Assembly: GCA_964652065.1 (NCBI GenBank)
Contig: CAZYZU010000001.1
Coordinates: 1-43,198 of the forward strand
DNA length: 43,198 nt
Direction of reading: 5' to 3'
DNA from: an uncultured Muribaculaceae bacterium
GTDB taxonomy: Bacteria > Bacillota_I > Bacilli_A > RF39 > UBA660
Shown: in pieces, positions 17,991 through 27,255 of the stretch
Numbering within the stretch: position 1 is the stretch's first letter
Layout of the letters: every line of letters starts with the position of its first letter
Translations under genes and position numbers: made by a program
The notes under the pieces: model-generated
Database searches by the model: none
The model's input: the letters and a program-made list of their open reading frames with translations, nothing else
What the model was told of the DNA's origin: nothing

Positions 17991-18928
17991 TTTGGCTTTT
18001 TTAGTTTGTTTGCTAACTCATTTATCTTTCTAAAACGATGATTTAATCCTGATTTAGTTATTTTATTATTTGTTTCCATTGTTATAATTTCACTTAATTC
18101 TTTTAGAGAAGCTTCTGGATATTTTTTACGATATTCTAGAGCTTCTTTTGTTTTATCATCTAATAATTCAGTTGCAAGATTCTCTTCTAATAATTCTATA
18201 TTTCTTAACTGGAATGTTGCAGCTTCTACTACTTTATCAGTATTAGCTTGTTCACAATTATTTAATCTATTAGTCCTATTTTTTTTATCATGATAAATTC
18301 TTACATCTTCAAAATATAAAACAGCTTTTACAGCACCTAATATTTTTATAAAATCACTTATTTTTTCAGCTTCTTTTATATAAATCATGTAGCCTTTATC
18401 TCTGTTTAAGATTTTGGCATTTAAATCAAAAATATTAAGTAATTTCTGAACAAAAACAGCTTCTTCTGGTTTATCAATTAATAATTCCATATGATATCTT
18501 GATGTTTTTGGATCATTAATACTTCCTTGACATAAGAACACACCTCTTAAATAGGATCTTATTTCTTCATTTCCTCCTACTATGTATTCTGGTGGTGTAT
18601 CTAATATATTTTTATTTTCATCATAGTATCCTAAATCTTTTAAAATAAAATCTAAATTATCTTTTATTTCTAAAAGGAATAAATCATTCTTACTAAAATT
18701 AAGACTATCTTTTACTTTTACACCTATATTTAATTCATAAATATTATTAAAAATAGATATTATTTTATCTTTTATAACTGGATTTTCTGTAGTTAAATAT
18801 AATGTATCATTATCTATATTACCATTATTTCTTACATAAGCTGATAGCTCTGCGATTGCTTCTGATTTTTCTTCATTAAGAGCTGATATTTCATTTTTAA
18901 TTCGTGTTGTATATGATTCTTTTGCCAT
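17987..18928 (-). CDS. whiA: DNA-binding protein WhiA
   Basis: 313 aa. [10 protein letters not shown] at the N-terminus, a LAGLIDADG-like middle region and a C-terminal HTH ([28 protein letters not shown]). Confidence 0.9.
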   Translation of the reverse strand: MAKESYTTRIKNEISALNEEKSEAIAELSAYVRNNGNIDNDTLYLTTENPVIKDKIISIFNNIYELNIGVKVKDSLNFSKNDLFLLEIKDNLDFILKDLGYYDENKNILDTPPEYIVGGNEEIRSYLRGVFLCQGSINDPKTSRYHMELLIDKPEEAVFVQKLLNIFDLNAKILNRDKGYMIYIKEAEKISDFIKILGAVKAVLYFEDVRIYHDKKNRTNRLNNCEQANTDKVVEAATFQLRNIELLEENLATELLDDKTKEALEYRKKYPEASLKELSEIITMETNNKITKSGLNHRFRKINELANKLKKPN

Positions 18929-18929
18929 A

Positions 18930-19883
18930 TTAATCCCTCATTAGATATGAAAATATTAGTGAACTTAATTTCATACTATTATGTCTTAACATATTATCTT
19001 CTATTGTTATTAAATCATCTTCTATTAATTCAACACCTATTTTATTTAATTTACCATAATCAATTTTAACTGGATCTTTTTGTTCTTCAGATTCATATTT
19101 TTTAGCTATTTGTTTATTTATTTTTGTATTACTTGCGATTACTACAGCAATCTTTTTAAAATCTAAATACTTATTTAATAATTCTACATGGTCTCCTACA
19201 GTATAGTTATCTGTTTCCCCTGGTTGTGTTACTGCGTTACATAAATACATAATAGGAGCTTTAGAATTATTTAGAGCTTCTTTTACTTGTCTACAAATTA
19301 TATTTGGTAGAATGCTTGTATAAAGACTTCCCATACTAAATATTACTAAATCAGCTTCTTCAATAGAGGTTACTACTTCATCTAAAACTTTAGGTTCTTC
19401 TTTATAATAAATTCTTTCAAATTTAGTATGAGCCTTAGTTATTTGTTCTTCTCCTTCAATAATATTACCTTTTGTATCTTTTCCCATTAATGTTAAATTA
19501 GAATCTTCCGAGATAGGAAGAACTGTATGTTTAACATCTAATAGTTTTGAAAGGCATGCGATTGATTCTTTTAGGGAACCAGTTATTTCTAGCATTGATG
19601 TTAAAATTAAATTTCCCATTGCATGACCATTTAAGTCACTAGATGTTTGAAAACGATATTCCATCATTTTTTTGATTGGATCATCTATTCCAGATAAATT
19701 TGTAATTACTTTTCTAATATCTCCAACTGCGGGAGTTTTAAATTCTTCTCTTAATTTTCCTGTTGATCTTCCATTATCTGATACTGTAATTATAGCTGTT
19801 ATATCAATTGGAAAATCTTTTAGTCCTTTTAATAAGTAAGAGATACCTGTACCCCCACCTAATACTACTACTTTTTTATGCAT
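18930..19883 (-). CDS. yvcK: YvcK/CofD-family gluconeogenesis factor
   Basis: VVVLGGGTGIS and GSLYTSILPN motifs. I moved the start to ATG 19883, which follows GGGTGA. Confidence 0.9.
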   Translation of the reverse strand: MHKKVVVLGGGTGISYLLKGLKDFPIDITAIITVSDNGRSTGKLREEFKTPAVGDIRKVITNLSGIDDPIKKMMEYRFQTSSDLNGHAMGNLILTSMLEITGSLKESIACLSKLLDVKHTVLPISEDSNLTLMGKDTKGNIIEGEEQITKAHTKFERIYYKEEPKVLDEVVTSIEEADLVIFSMGSLYTSILPNIICRQVKEALNNSKAPIMYLCNAVTQPGETDNYTVGDHVELLNKYLDFKKIAVVIASNTKINKQIAKKYESEEQKDPVKIDYGKLNKIGVELIEDDLITIEDNMLRHNSMKLSSLIFSYLMRD

Positions 19884-19916
19884 TTTTATCACCCACTTTA
19901 ATTATATCTTAATTTC

Positions 19917-19949
19917 AAAAAAAAAACACCTATTTTAGTATCTAGGTGT
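19917..19949 (-). terminator. intrinsic terminator overlapping the lgt stop
   Basis: Minus strand reads ACACCTA-gatactaaaa-TAGGTGT followed by a T10 run. Confidence 0.6.
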
Positions 19950-20789
19950 TTGTGCTCGTGTAAATAATGAGTCTTGTTGTAATGGTTTCTTTTTTTCTTT
20001 ATAAAGATTTTCAAATCTATTTGATTTTTTAATTTTACTATAATAAATAAATAGTATTAGTCCGATAATAAATAATAATACTGATACTACCTGAGCAATT
20101 TTTATAGGTCCTAGCATTAGGCTGTCGGCTCTAAATCCTTCAATTATAAATCTTGCAGAAGAATACCACATGAAATAAAATCCTGTAAGTTGTCCTTTTT
20201 TTAAATATGGATAGCATCTTATAATTAATAAGGCCACGAATCCAATTAAATTCCAAATAGATTCATAGAAAAATGTTGGTTGTCTATAATCTCCAAGTAT
20301 ATACATTCCTTTAATAATAAAATCTGGTATACCTGTTTGTTGTAGTAAACTTAGTGATGTAACAGCTCCATAGGCTTCTCCATTAAAGAAGTTACCCCAT
20401 CTTCCTATTGCTTGACCAATAATCATTCCTACAACAATAATATCTAATATTTTTAATATTTCTACGTGATTTTTCTTGCAATTATAGAAAACACAAATTA
20501 GTCCAAAGATTATTCCTCCATGAATTGCTAGTCCTCCATTCCAAATTTCTAATATTTCAAATGGATTTGCCATATAATAATCTAAGTTAAATAAGACATA
20601 ATAAATTCTCGCTCCTATAATACCAGAAATTATAGTATTAAAAGCTAAATTAACGATAAATTCTTTGTCGATATCTCTTCTTTGAGATTCTCTATAAATT
20701 AATAAACAAGCAACTAATATTCCAAGAAAAATAAAGATTGAATACCAATATATTTGTATTATTCCTAAGTCTAGTGCTACTCTATCCAT
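19935..20789 (-). CDS. lgt: prolipoprotein diacylglyceryl transferase
   Basis: IQIYWYSIFIFLGIL, GARIYYV and GRWGNFFNGEAYG motifs. Confidence 0.9.
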   Translation of the reverse strand: MDRVALDLGIIQIYWYSIFIFLGILVACLLIYRESQRRDIDKEFIVNLAFNTIISGIIGARIYYVLFNLDYYMANPFEILEIWNGGLAIHGGIIFGLICVFYNCKKNHVEILKILDIIVVGMIIGQAIGRWGNFFNGEAYGAVTSLSLLQQTGIPDFIIKGMYILGDYRQPTFFYESIWNLIGFVALLIIRCYPYLKKGQLTGFYFMWYSSARFIIEGFRADSLMLGPIKIAQVVSVLLFIIGLILFIYYSKIKKSNRFENLYKEKKKPLQQDSLFTRAQTPRY

Positions 20790-21222
20790 GCTTTTTTACC
20801 CCTTTAATTATTGGTTTTATTACTAAGTTTTCTAATAAAAAATTAATTACTGATAAAAGTATAGCGACAAAAAGTGCTATCCAAATATTTTTTAATTGGA
20901 AAAATGGTCCAAGTATCCAATCTACTAATTTTAATAAAAATAGATTTATAAATGGATAAAATAGTCCAAGTGTTAATCCTGTAATTGGAATTGTAAGGGT
21001 TACTAGTGCAGGTTTTATTGTTTTATTTAAAATAGATAAAATTAGAACTATAATAATTGAATAAATATAAGTATGTTTTGTTTCTATATAAACACTTTTT
21101 TTAAACATATTTGTTACAAGGATAAATATTAGAGTATATCCTACAAAATATAATAACCATTCAAATACTTTATTTATTCTTAGTTTATCTTTTTCTTTAA
21201 TAACCAATCGCACAAGTCTCAC
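20782..21222 (-). CDS. YvlD/DUF360 (holin superfamily IV-like) membrane protein
   Basis: 146 aa with 4 TM helices. It sits between uvrA and lgt as in Bacillus. The start is uncertain: GTG 21222, or GTG 21213 which is better spaced from AGGTGA. Confidence 0.55.
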   Translation of the reverse strand: MRLVRLVIKEKDKLRINKVFEWLLYFVGYTLIFILVTNMFKKSVYIETKHTYIYSIIIVLILSILNKTIKPALVTLTIPITGLTLGLFYPFINLFLLKLVDWILGPFFQLKNIWIALFVAILLSVINFLLENLVIKPIIKGVKKHG

Positions 21223-21224
21223 CT

Positions 21225-24041
21225 CTATAGAATTTTATTCAAAAATTGGCCAGTATATGATGTTGGAACTTTACTTATCTCTTCAGGTGTTCCTGTTGCG
21301 ACAATAGTCCCTCCATTATCTCCACCTTCAGGTCCTAAATCAATAATATAATCAGCTACTTTTATAACATCTAGATTATGTTCTATTACTACTACTGTAT
21401 CACCATTATCTACTATTTTTTGTAAAATTGCAAGTAGACGTTTAATGTCATCTGTATGTAATCCTGTTGTTGGTTCATCTAATACAAATAATGTTTTACC
21501 TGTAGCCTTTTTTTGTAATTCTTTAGCAAGTTTTACTCTTTCTGCTTCTCCACCTGATAATGTTGGAGCAGATTGTCCAAGTTTTATGTATCCAATACCT
21601 ACATCTTCAAGTACTTGAAGTTTATTTTTTATTTTTGGAACATTTTCAAAGAATTTTAATGCTTCTGATACTCTCATATCTAATACTTCAGCAATATTCT
21701 TATCTTTATATTTTATATTAAGTGTTTCTCTGTTATAACGTGTTCCATGACATACTTCACAGTCTACATAAACATCTGGTAGAAAATGCATCTCTATTTT
21801 TTTAACTCCATCTCCACGACAAGCTTCACATCTTCCACCTTTTACATTGAAAGAGAATCTGTTTTTTTCATATCCATACATTTTAGCTTCTTTTGTTGTT
21901 GTAAAAAGAGTTCTAATGTCATCAAATACTCCAGTATATGTAGCTGGATTACTACGAGGTGTTCTTCCAATTGGAGATTGTGAAATATCAACAATTTTAT
22001 CGATATTATCAAGACCATTTATCTTTTTATGTTTTCCTGGAATTACTTTAGATTTATATAATTTTTTACTAATTGTTTTACATAGTATTTCATTTATTAA
22101 GCTTGATTTACCACTACCTGATACACCTGTTACACAAGTAAATGTTCCAAGTGGTATTTTTACATCAATATTTTTTAAATTATTTTCTTCAGCTCCTATT
22201 ATTGTAAGGGACTTTCTATTTCCTTTACGACGCTTTTTAGGAATATCTATCTTTAATTTTCCACTTAAATATTTACCTGTTATACTTTTATCATTATTCA
22301 TTACTTCTTCAGGAGTTCCTTGGGCCATTACTTCTCCACCTTTGTCTCCAGCTCCTGGTCCAATATCTACTAACATATCACTAGCTAACATTGTATCGGT
22401 ATCATGTTCTACAACAATTAAAGTATTTCCTAAATCTCTCATTTGTAAAAGTGATTTAATTAATTTTTCATTATCTCTTTGATGAAGTCCAATACTAGGT
22501 TCATCTAAGACATATAATACTCCAGTTAATTTTGATCCTATTTGAGTTGCAAGTCTTATTCTTTGAGCTTCTCCACCTGACAATGTAGCTGCACTTCTAG
22601 CAAGAGTTAAATATTCAAGTCCAACATTTTTTAAGAAATCTAAGCGTGATTTTATTTCTTTAATAACTAAATCTGCAATTTTTGCTTTTTCTTCTGTTAA
22701 GTCTAATTTTTTAAAAAATTCTACTAATTCTTTAATACTCATACAAGTTACTTCGTAAATACTTTTTCCATTTATTTTAACTGCTAAAACTGAATCTTGT
22801 AATCTTGCGCCATGACATGTTTCACAAGTATGTTCTATCATATAATTTTCTAGCCATTCTCTAATCCAAGTACTACTTGTTTCCATATAACGTCTTTCTA
22901 AATTGTTAATTATTCCTTCATAGAAATCTTTATTATTCATTACATTTCCACTTTTAGTTGAATATTTAAAAGTAATTATATCAGGTGATCCATAAAGAAT
23001 GATACTTCTTTCTTTTTCAGATAATTTCTTAAATGGTTTATTCATATTAATTTTATAATGTTTACAAACACATTCTAATTTCTTGTAATAAATTCCTTCT
23101 TGATCATCACTTAATGTTTTAATACATCCTTCATTAATGCTTAGACTCTTATCTGGTATTACTAAGTTTTCATCAATACTTAGTTTTATTCCTAATCCTT
23201 TACAATCAGGACACGCTCCAAATGGGGCATTAAAGCTAAATAATCTTGGTTCGATCTCAGGAAGTGAAAATTCACAATATGGACAAGCAAAGTTTTCTGA
23301 GAAGACTACTTCTTTTTTATTTTCTCCTAAAAATTCTACTACTACTTTTCCATCAGCTAGTTTTGTTGCAGATTCTATTGCTTCACTTAATCTTGCTCTT
23401 GAATCTTCCTTTAGAACAATTCTATCAATTACAACATCAATATCATCTTGAATATTTTTTTCTAGAGTTATATCATCTGATAAATCATACATTTTATCAT
23501 TAACTCTAACTCTTACATATCCATCTTTTCTTAATGTCTCTAATAATTCTTTATGAGTTCCTTTTTCATGATGTACTACTGGAGAATAAATAATTAGTTT
23601 TGTTCCTACTGGATACTCTAATATTTTAGTGGTTATTTCTTCAACACTTTGTGAAGTAATTGGAATATTATGATTAGGGCAATACGCTGTACCTGCTCTT
23701 GAAAATAAAAGTCTTAAATAATCATAAATTTCTGTTACGGTACCTACTGTTGATCTAGGATTTTTATTAGTTGTTTTTTGATCAATACTTATTGCTGGAG
23801 ATAATCCTTCAATACTATCAACATCAGGTTTTTCAGAGCCACCTAAAAACTGTCTAGCATAACTAGATAAACTTTCTACATATCTTCTTTGTCCTTCTGC
23901 ATAAATTGTATCAAAAGCTAAGGAACTTTTACCACTACCTGATAATCCAGTCATGACAATCATCTTATTTTTTGGTAGTTCTATATTTATATTTTTTAAA
24001 TTATTTTCTCTTGCACCTTTTATTACTATCTTATTTTCCAT
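21225..24041 (-). CDS. uvrA: excinuclease ABC subunit A
   Basis: 938 aa. Two Walker A sites (GLSGSGKSS, GVSGSGKSS), two LSGGE signatures and zinc-finger Cys clusters. Confidence 0.97.
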   Translation of the reverse strand: MENKIVIKGARENNLKNINIELPKNKMIVMTGLSGSGKSSLAFDTIYAEGQRRYVESLSSYARQFLGGSEKPDVDSIEGLSPAISIDQKTTNKNPRSTVGTVTEIYDYLRLLFSRAGTAYCPNHNIPITSQSVEEITTKILEYPVGTKLIIYSPVVHHEKGTHKELLETLRKDGYVRVRVNDKMYDLSDDITLEKNIQDDIDVVIDRIVLKEDSRARLSEAIESATKLADGKVVVEFLGENKKEVVFSENFACPYCEFSLPEIEPRLFSFNAPFGACPDCKGLGIKLSIDENLVIPDKSLSINEGCIKTLSDDQEGIYYKKLECVCKHYKINMNKPFKKLSEKERSIILYGSPDIITFKYSTKSGNVMNNKDFYEGIINNLERRYMETSSTWIREWLENYMIEHTCETCHGARLQDSVLAVKINGKSIYEVTCMSIKELVEFFKKLDLTEEKAKIADLVIKEIKSRLDFLKNVGLEYLTLARSAATLSGGEAQRIRLATQIGSKLTGVLYVLDEPSIGLHQRDNEKLIKSLLQMRDLGNTLIVVEHDTDTMLASDMLVDIGPGAGDKGGEVMAQGTPEEVMNNDKSITGKYLSGKLKIDIPKKRRKGNRKSLTIIGAEENNLKNIDVKIPLGTFTCVTGVSGSGKSSLINEILCKTISKKLYKSKVIPGKHKKINGLDNIDKIVDISQSPIGRTPRSNPATYTGVFDDIRTLFTTTKEAKMYGYEKNRFSFNVKGGRCEACRGDGVKKIEMHFLPDVYVDCEVCHGTRYNRETLNIKYKDKNIAEVLDMRVSEALKFFENVPKIKNKLQVLEDVGIGYIKLGQSAPTLSGGEAERVKLAKELQKKATGKTLFVLDEPTTGLHTDDIKRLLAILQKIVDNGDTVVVIEHNLDVIKVADYIIDLGPEGGDNGGTIVATGTPEEISKVPTSYTGQFLNKIL

Positions 24042-24096
24042 ACTTCATCACCTGCCACATATTATACCACAAAAAAAGAAAAATATAATACTTTTC

Positions 24097-24309
24097 TTAA
24101 ATCATTTGTCCTAATATTTTCTTTTTTAAATCATCATCTTCAACAATTGTTATTTCATCTTCTGCTTCTTTTAAAGCTATTTTTATACCAGTTGGTTTCT
24201 TTGCTGTCATTAGTACAAAATATACTTCCTCTTCTAAAGTTACTTCTTCCATAACAATATATTCTTCATTATTTTCTAAAGTTATTATTTCTCCTGCTTT
24301 TATCTTCAT
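24097..24309 (-). CDS. small acidic protein, DUF1292-like
   Basis: 70 aa. Its acidic composition and the EEVYFVLM pattern resemble DUF1292. Weak call. Confidence 0.45.
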   Translation of the reverse strand: MKIKAGEIITLENNEEYIVMEEVTLEEEVYFVLMTAKKPTGIKIALKEAEDEITIVEDDDLKKKILGQMI

Positions 24310-24310
24310 A

Positions 24311-25621
24311 TTACTTACCTTTTCCTTTAGATTCTGTTTCTACAATGTTTTTCTTGAAGTTATAATTATCTTTATCAAAATGAACCCATCCTCGTTGTTT
24401 GGCATCTCCATCAGTTAATTTTAATTCATTTTCGTTTTTACTAATATGATACATTTTTTGAATTTTATGGGGATTTAAATTATTTTGTTCAATTAAATCT
24501 CTTGTTGATATTCCACCATCATAACTTACAGCTAAAATTTCATTTGTATTTTTATCTATAATTGATACTGCATCTACAATATATTTATTATCTTCATCAC
24601 TATATTTACTTCCAATTTCTCCTTTTGGACTTGCTTTTTGAGAATCGCTGTAAAAAACAGTACCTTCTTTTAACTTGATAACATCACCAACAGTGGCATT
24701 TCTTTTTTTAGCTACTTCTTTTTGTACAATTTCATTAACCATATCTTGAATTTCTTGATCATCATCATTATTAATAGATTGTTCTATATTTGTTCTAACA
24801 TTATTTTCTATATTCTTTTTATCTTTTCCAGTAAACATTGGTATTATTCCAAGTCCCGCTAAAGTAAGAATAGCTCCAGTTAATAGTCTTTTTAAAAATT
24901 TATGATTCTTACATTTTTTAGTTGCGACTATTTTATGAGTTTCTTTCTTTGGAAAAGATTTATCATAATAATTTTCTAAGCTTTTTTCATAATACTTATT
25001 ATCTTCGTAAGGTTCTCTATCTCTGGGTTTATTAATATTTGTATTAGAAATTAATTCATCTTTTGTTTCATTTACTTTTGTTGGAAATCTTTTTTCGTAA
25101 AATTCACTTAAAAATTTATTATAATGTTCATCTGTTTCATATGGAGTTCTATTTCTTGGTTTTAATGTTTCTGTATTATGAATTTTTTCCTTTTTGGTAT
25201 CTGGTGTTTTTGTAGGAAAATATTTTTCATAATAATTTTCTAAATATTTATTATATTCTTCATTGGTTTCATTTATTTTTCTATCTCTTGGTTTTTTTAT
25301 ATTTGTACCAGGGATAAGATAAGTATCACTATCATTTTTTTCTTGTCTAATTTTTTTGTTTTGATCTTTTGCAATTATTTGGTCACTAAAAAGGTCTTTT
25401 AATGATGCGCAAATTTCTTTTTCTGTTACAGTTTCTCCACTTGGTAAATCATTAATACATTTTAATTCTTTAGCACTTAAAGCTTTATAAGCATCATTAA
25501 TATCTTTAATTCTATCTTTATCAAAAATATCTAATTCTTTTATTGCTTTAATATATGCATTGTTTATTTCATCAAGATTTGCATCCATTTCTACATTAAG
25601 AATTTCATAATTGTTTTTCAT
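24311..25621 (-). CDS. bitopic membrane protein: degenerate J-like N-terminus, three ~44-aa repeats, one TM, extracytoplasmic C-terminal domain
   Basis: NYEILNVEMDANLDEINNAYIKAIKEL is J-domain-like but has no HPD. TM is LLTGAILTLAGLGIIPMF. I moved the start to ATG 25621, 6 nt after GGAGG. Confidence 0.55.
   Translation of the reverse strand: MKNNYEILNVEMDANLDEINNAYIKAIKELDIFDKDRIKDINDAYKALSAKELKCINDLPSGETVTEKEICASLKDLFSDQIIAKDQNKKIRQEKNDSDTYLIPGTNIKKPRDRKINETNEEYNKYLENYYEKYFPTKTPDTKKEKIHNTETLKPRNRTPYETDEHYNKFLSEFYEKRFPTKVNETKDELISNTNINKPRDREPYEDNKYYEKSLENYYDKSFPKKETHKIVATKKCKNHKFLKRLLTGAILTLAGLGIIPMFTGKDKKNIENNVRTNIEQSINNDDDQEIQDMVNEIVQKEVAKKRNATVGDVIKLKEGTVFYSDSQKASPKGEIGSKYSDEDNKYIVDAVSIIDKNTNEILAVSYDGGISTRDLIEQNNLNPHKIQKMYHISKNENELKLTDGDAKQRGWVHFDKDNYNFKKNIVETESKGKGK
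24944..25315 (-). repeat. three tandem ~44-codon coding repeats
   Basis: The repeats are IPGTNIKKPRDRKINETNEEYNKYLENYYEKYFPTK..., IHNTETLKPRNRTPYETDEHYNKFLSEFYEKRFPTK... and ISNTNINKPRDREPYEDNKYYEKSLENYYDKSFPKK... Confidence 0.8.
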
Positions 25622-25695
25622 ACGCATCCTCCTATGATAATTCTATCACAAATACTTAATTTTTACTCTATATTTTAAAAAGATTTACATTATCT

Positions 25696-26532
25696 TTACT
25701 TTTGTAATCTATTTTTAAAAGTACATTTTTGACATAATTCTTCTATTGGTTTTCTATCTTGAAATGATTTTTTTAAAGCTTGAAATTTTTTACTATTAAT
25801 TATTTCTTCTAAATTAGTTGTGAAAATATTTCCTAAATTAATAATTCCTTCACTATCAAGACAACAAGGCACTACTGTTCCATCTGATAGAATAGCAATT
25901 TGTGTTTTTAAGGCATAACAATATCCACAGGAATTGTTAATACTTTTTAGGTTTGGCCACTCGAATTTATTATCTTTATCAACATAGATGTTATCTTTTA
26001 TATTAATATTATTTTTATTATATAGTTTTTCCACTATTTCTGTGGATAGATTATAATATGATTTTATTTTTTCCACTATTTCTGTGGATTTTTTATCGAG
26101 TGTTTTATTGTCTAGTGTCCACAATCTATAAATTATGGAAACATTTTTTGGGAATTTTTGAACACTATTAAATATATTTTCAAAATAATCTTTATATTCA
26201 TTTTCTGAGTGAAGTGATATATTTAATTTTTTTAGAGCACTGCACTTTTTTAACTCATCAATTTTTTTAGAAATTAATGTCCCATTAGTTGTTAGATTTA
26301 CCTTTAAATTATATTGCTTTGCCAAAGATAAAAATTTAATAATATCTTTATGAAGTAATGGTTCTCCTTTAACATGTAAATAAATATAGTTAGTATAATC
26401 TTTTGTTTTTTTTAAAATTTCTTCAAATTCTATTACTGACATACTTCTTGTTTTTCTTTTACTAGTTGAACAGAAACTACAATTTAGATTACATTTATTA
26501 GTTATTTCTATGTATATTTTTTTAAACTTCAT
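25696..26532 (-). CDS. compact radical SAM enzyme with a C-terminal SPASM/twitch-type Cys cluster
   Basis: CNLNCSFC (CxxxCxxC) lies at residues ~14-21. The C-terminus reads CGYC...GTVVPCCLD...CQKC. 278 aa. Confidence 0.85.
   Translation of the reverse strand: MKFKKIYIEITNKCNLNCSFCSTSKRKTRSMSVIEFEEILKKTKDYTNYIYLHVKGEPLLHKDIIKFLSLAKQYNLKVNLTTNGTLISKKIDELKKCSALKKLNISLHSENEYKDYFENIFNSVQKFPKNVSIIYRLWTLDNKTLDKKSTEIVEKIKSYYNLSTEIVEKLYNKNNINIKDNIYVDKDNKFEWPNLKSINNSCGYCYALKTQIAILSDGTVVPCCLDSEGIINLGNIFTTNLEEIINSKKFQALKKSFQDRKPIEELCQKCTFKNRLQK
26036..26098 (-). repeat. perfect 21-nt direct repeat at 42-nt period inside the radical SAM gene
   Basis: tttttccactatttctgtgga occurs at 26036..26056 and 26078..26098. 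It encodes the duplicated STEIVEK in ...STEIVEKIKSYYNLSTEIVEKLYNK... Confidence 0.9.
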
Positions 26533-27244
26533 CAGTAAATATTACACCTATTAAGTGTTTTCCATTTCTTTTAGCTAATTTACTATAATGATTTAAATCG
26601 TCTATAGTATTTGTAGGGTCTAGTAATATTTTGTTTGGATCAACTAATTGATTATCTAAATCTTTTACTATTGCAAATCTTAAATCTAAGTGGTATCCAT
26701 CTTTTTCTTTTGTAATTCCTTGTTTTAAGACTCTTGAATTAATTAAAGTTTCATCTGTTATTATTAAATTTTCTTTATTTGGGCAGGCACTTATATAAAA
26801 ACTAATATCAAATGGAGTACATCCTGTTTCATTTATTAAGTATCCTACTATCTTATCTAATAATTCATTATGGATATTTTCAATACTTCCTAAAGAGATT
26901 GCGCATACTTCTTGACCATCTTTATTAACTGTTGCGATAATTATAGGATCATCAGCTGTTTCTACTCCAACAAAATAATTTTTAGTAGTACTTTTAATTA
27001 CCACGGTTTCTTTTAGTGTTGTATTTTTAGGACTTTTTCCAATTAACTTATAACCATATTCAGTATTTTTTTCATTTATAATTGTGAAATTTTTATCTTT
27101 TATATTTAATTTATTTAAAAATCTTTCTATAGTTGATTCATATAAAAGGTTTCTTTCTTCTATTGTTAGATTTGGAAAAAAATCTTTATCTATACTCATA
27201 ATTCCGTCTTTTGTTGTTGATTTTATAATATTTAATTTTGTCAT
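26522..27244 (-). CDS. PgeF/YfiH (DUF152)-like protein with substituted catalytic motifs
   Basis: By-eye alignment to E. coli YfiH, recalled from memory. VGVETADDPIIIATVNKDGQEVCAISLGSIEN aligns with [29 protein letters not shown]. The C-terminus YHLDLRFAIVKDL...GKHLIGVIF aligns with YLADIYQLARQRL...GRMASFIWL. AGGAG RBS. Confidence 0.45.
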   Translation of the reverse strand: MTKLNIIKSTTKDGIMSIDKDFFPNLTIEERNLLYESTIERFLNKLNIKDKNFTIINEKNTEYGYKLIGKSPKNTTLKETVVIKSTTKNYFVGVETADDPIIIATVNKDGQEVCAISLGSIENIHNELLDKIVGYLINETGCTPFDISFYISACPNKENLIITDETLINSRVLKQGITKEKDGYHLDLRFAIVKDLDNQLVDPNKILLDPTNTIDDLNHYSKLAKRNGKHLIGVIFTDEV

Positions 27245-27255
27245 CTTTACTCCTA

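Noticed and set aside
17976-18003. AAAAAGCC-taattt-GGCTTTTT hairpin at the convergent clpP/whiA overlap as a bidirectional terminator
   Set aside because: Only a 3-bp GC core with A/T extensions, lying within both coding ends. It is plausible but too weak to call.
21847-22482. 211-aa plus-strand ORF antisense to uvrA. Similar antisense ORFs occur at 5317..5796, 8296..8862, 14783..15400, 23137..23503, 29343..29648, 30048..30293, 32571..32939, 34174..34467, 36612..37070, 37313..37710 and 37910..38374.
   Set aside because: All lie inside strongly supported minus-strand genes. They have Ser/Phe/Leu/Ile-rich shadow-frame composition and lack RBS. These are typical antisense open frames of AT-rich coding DNA.
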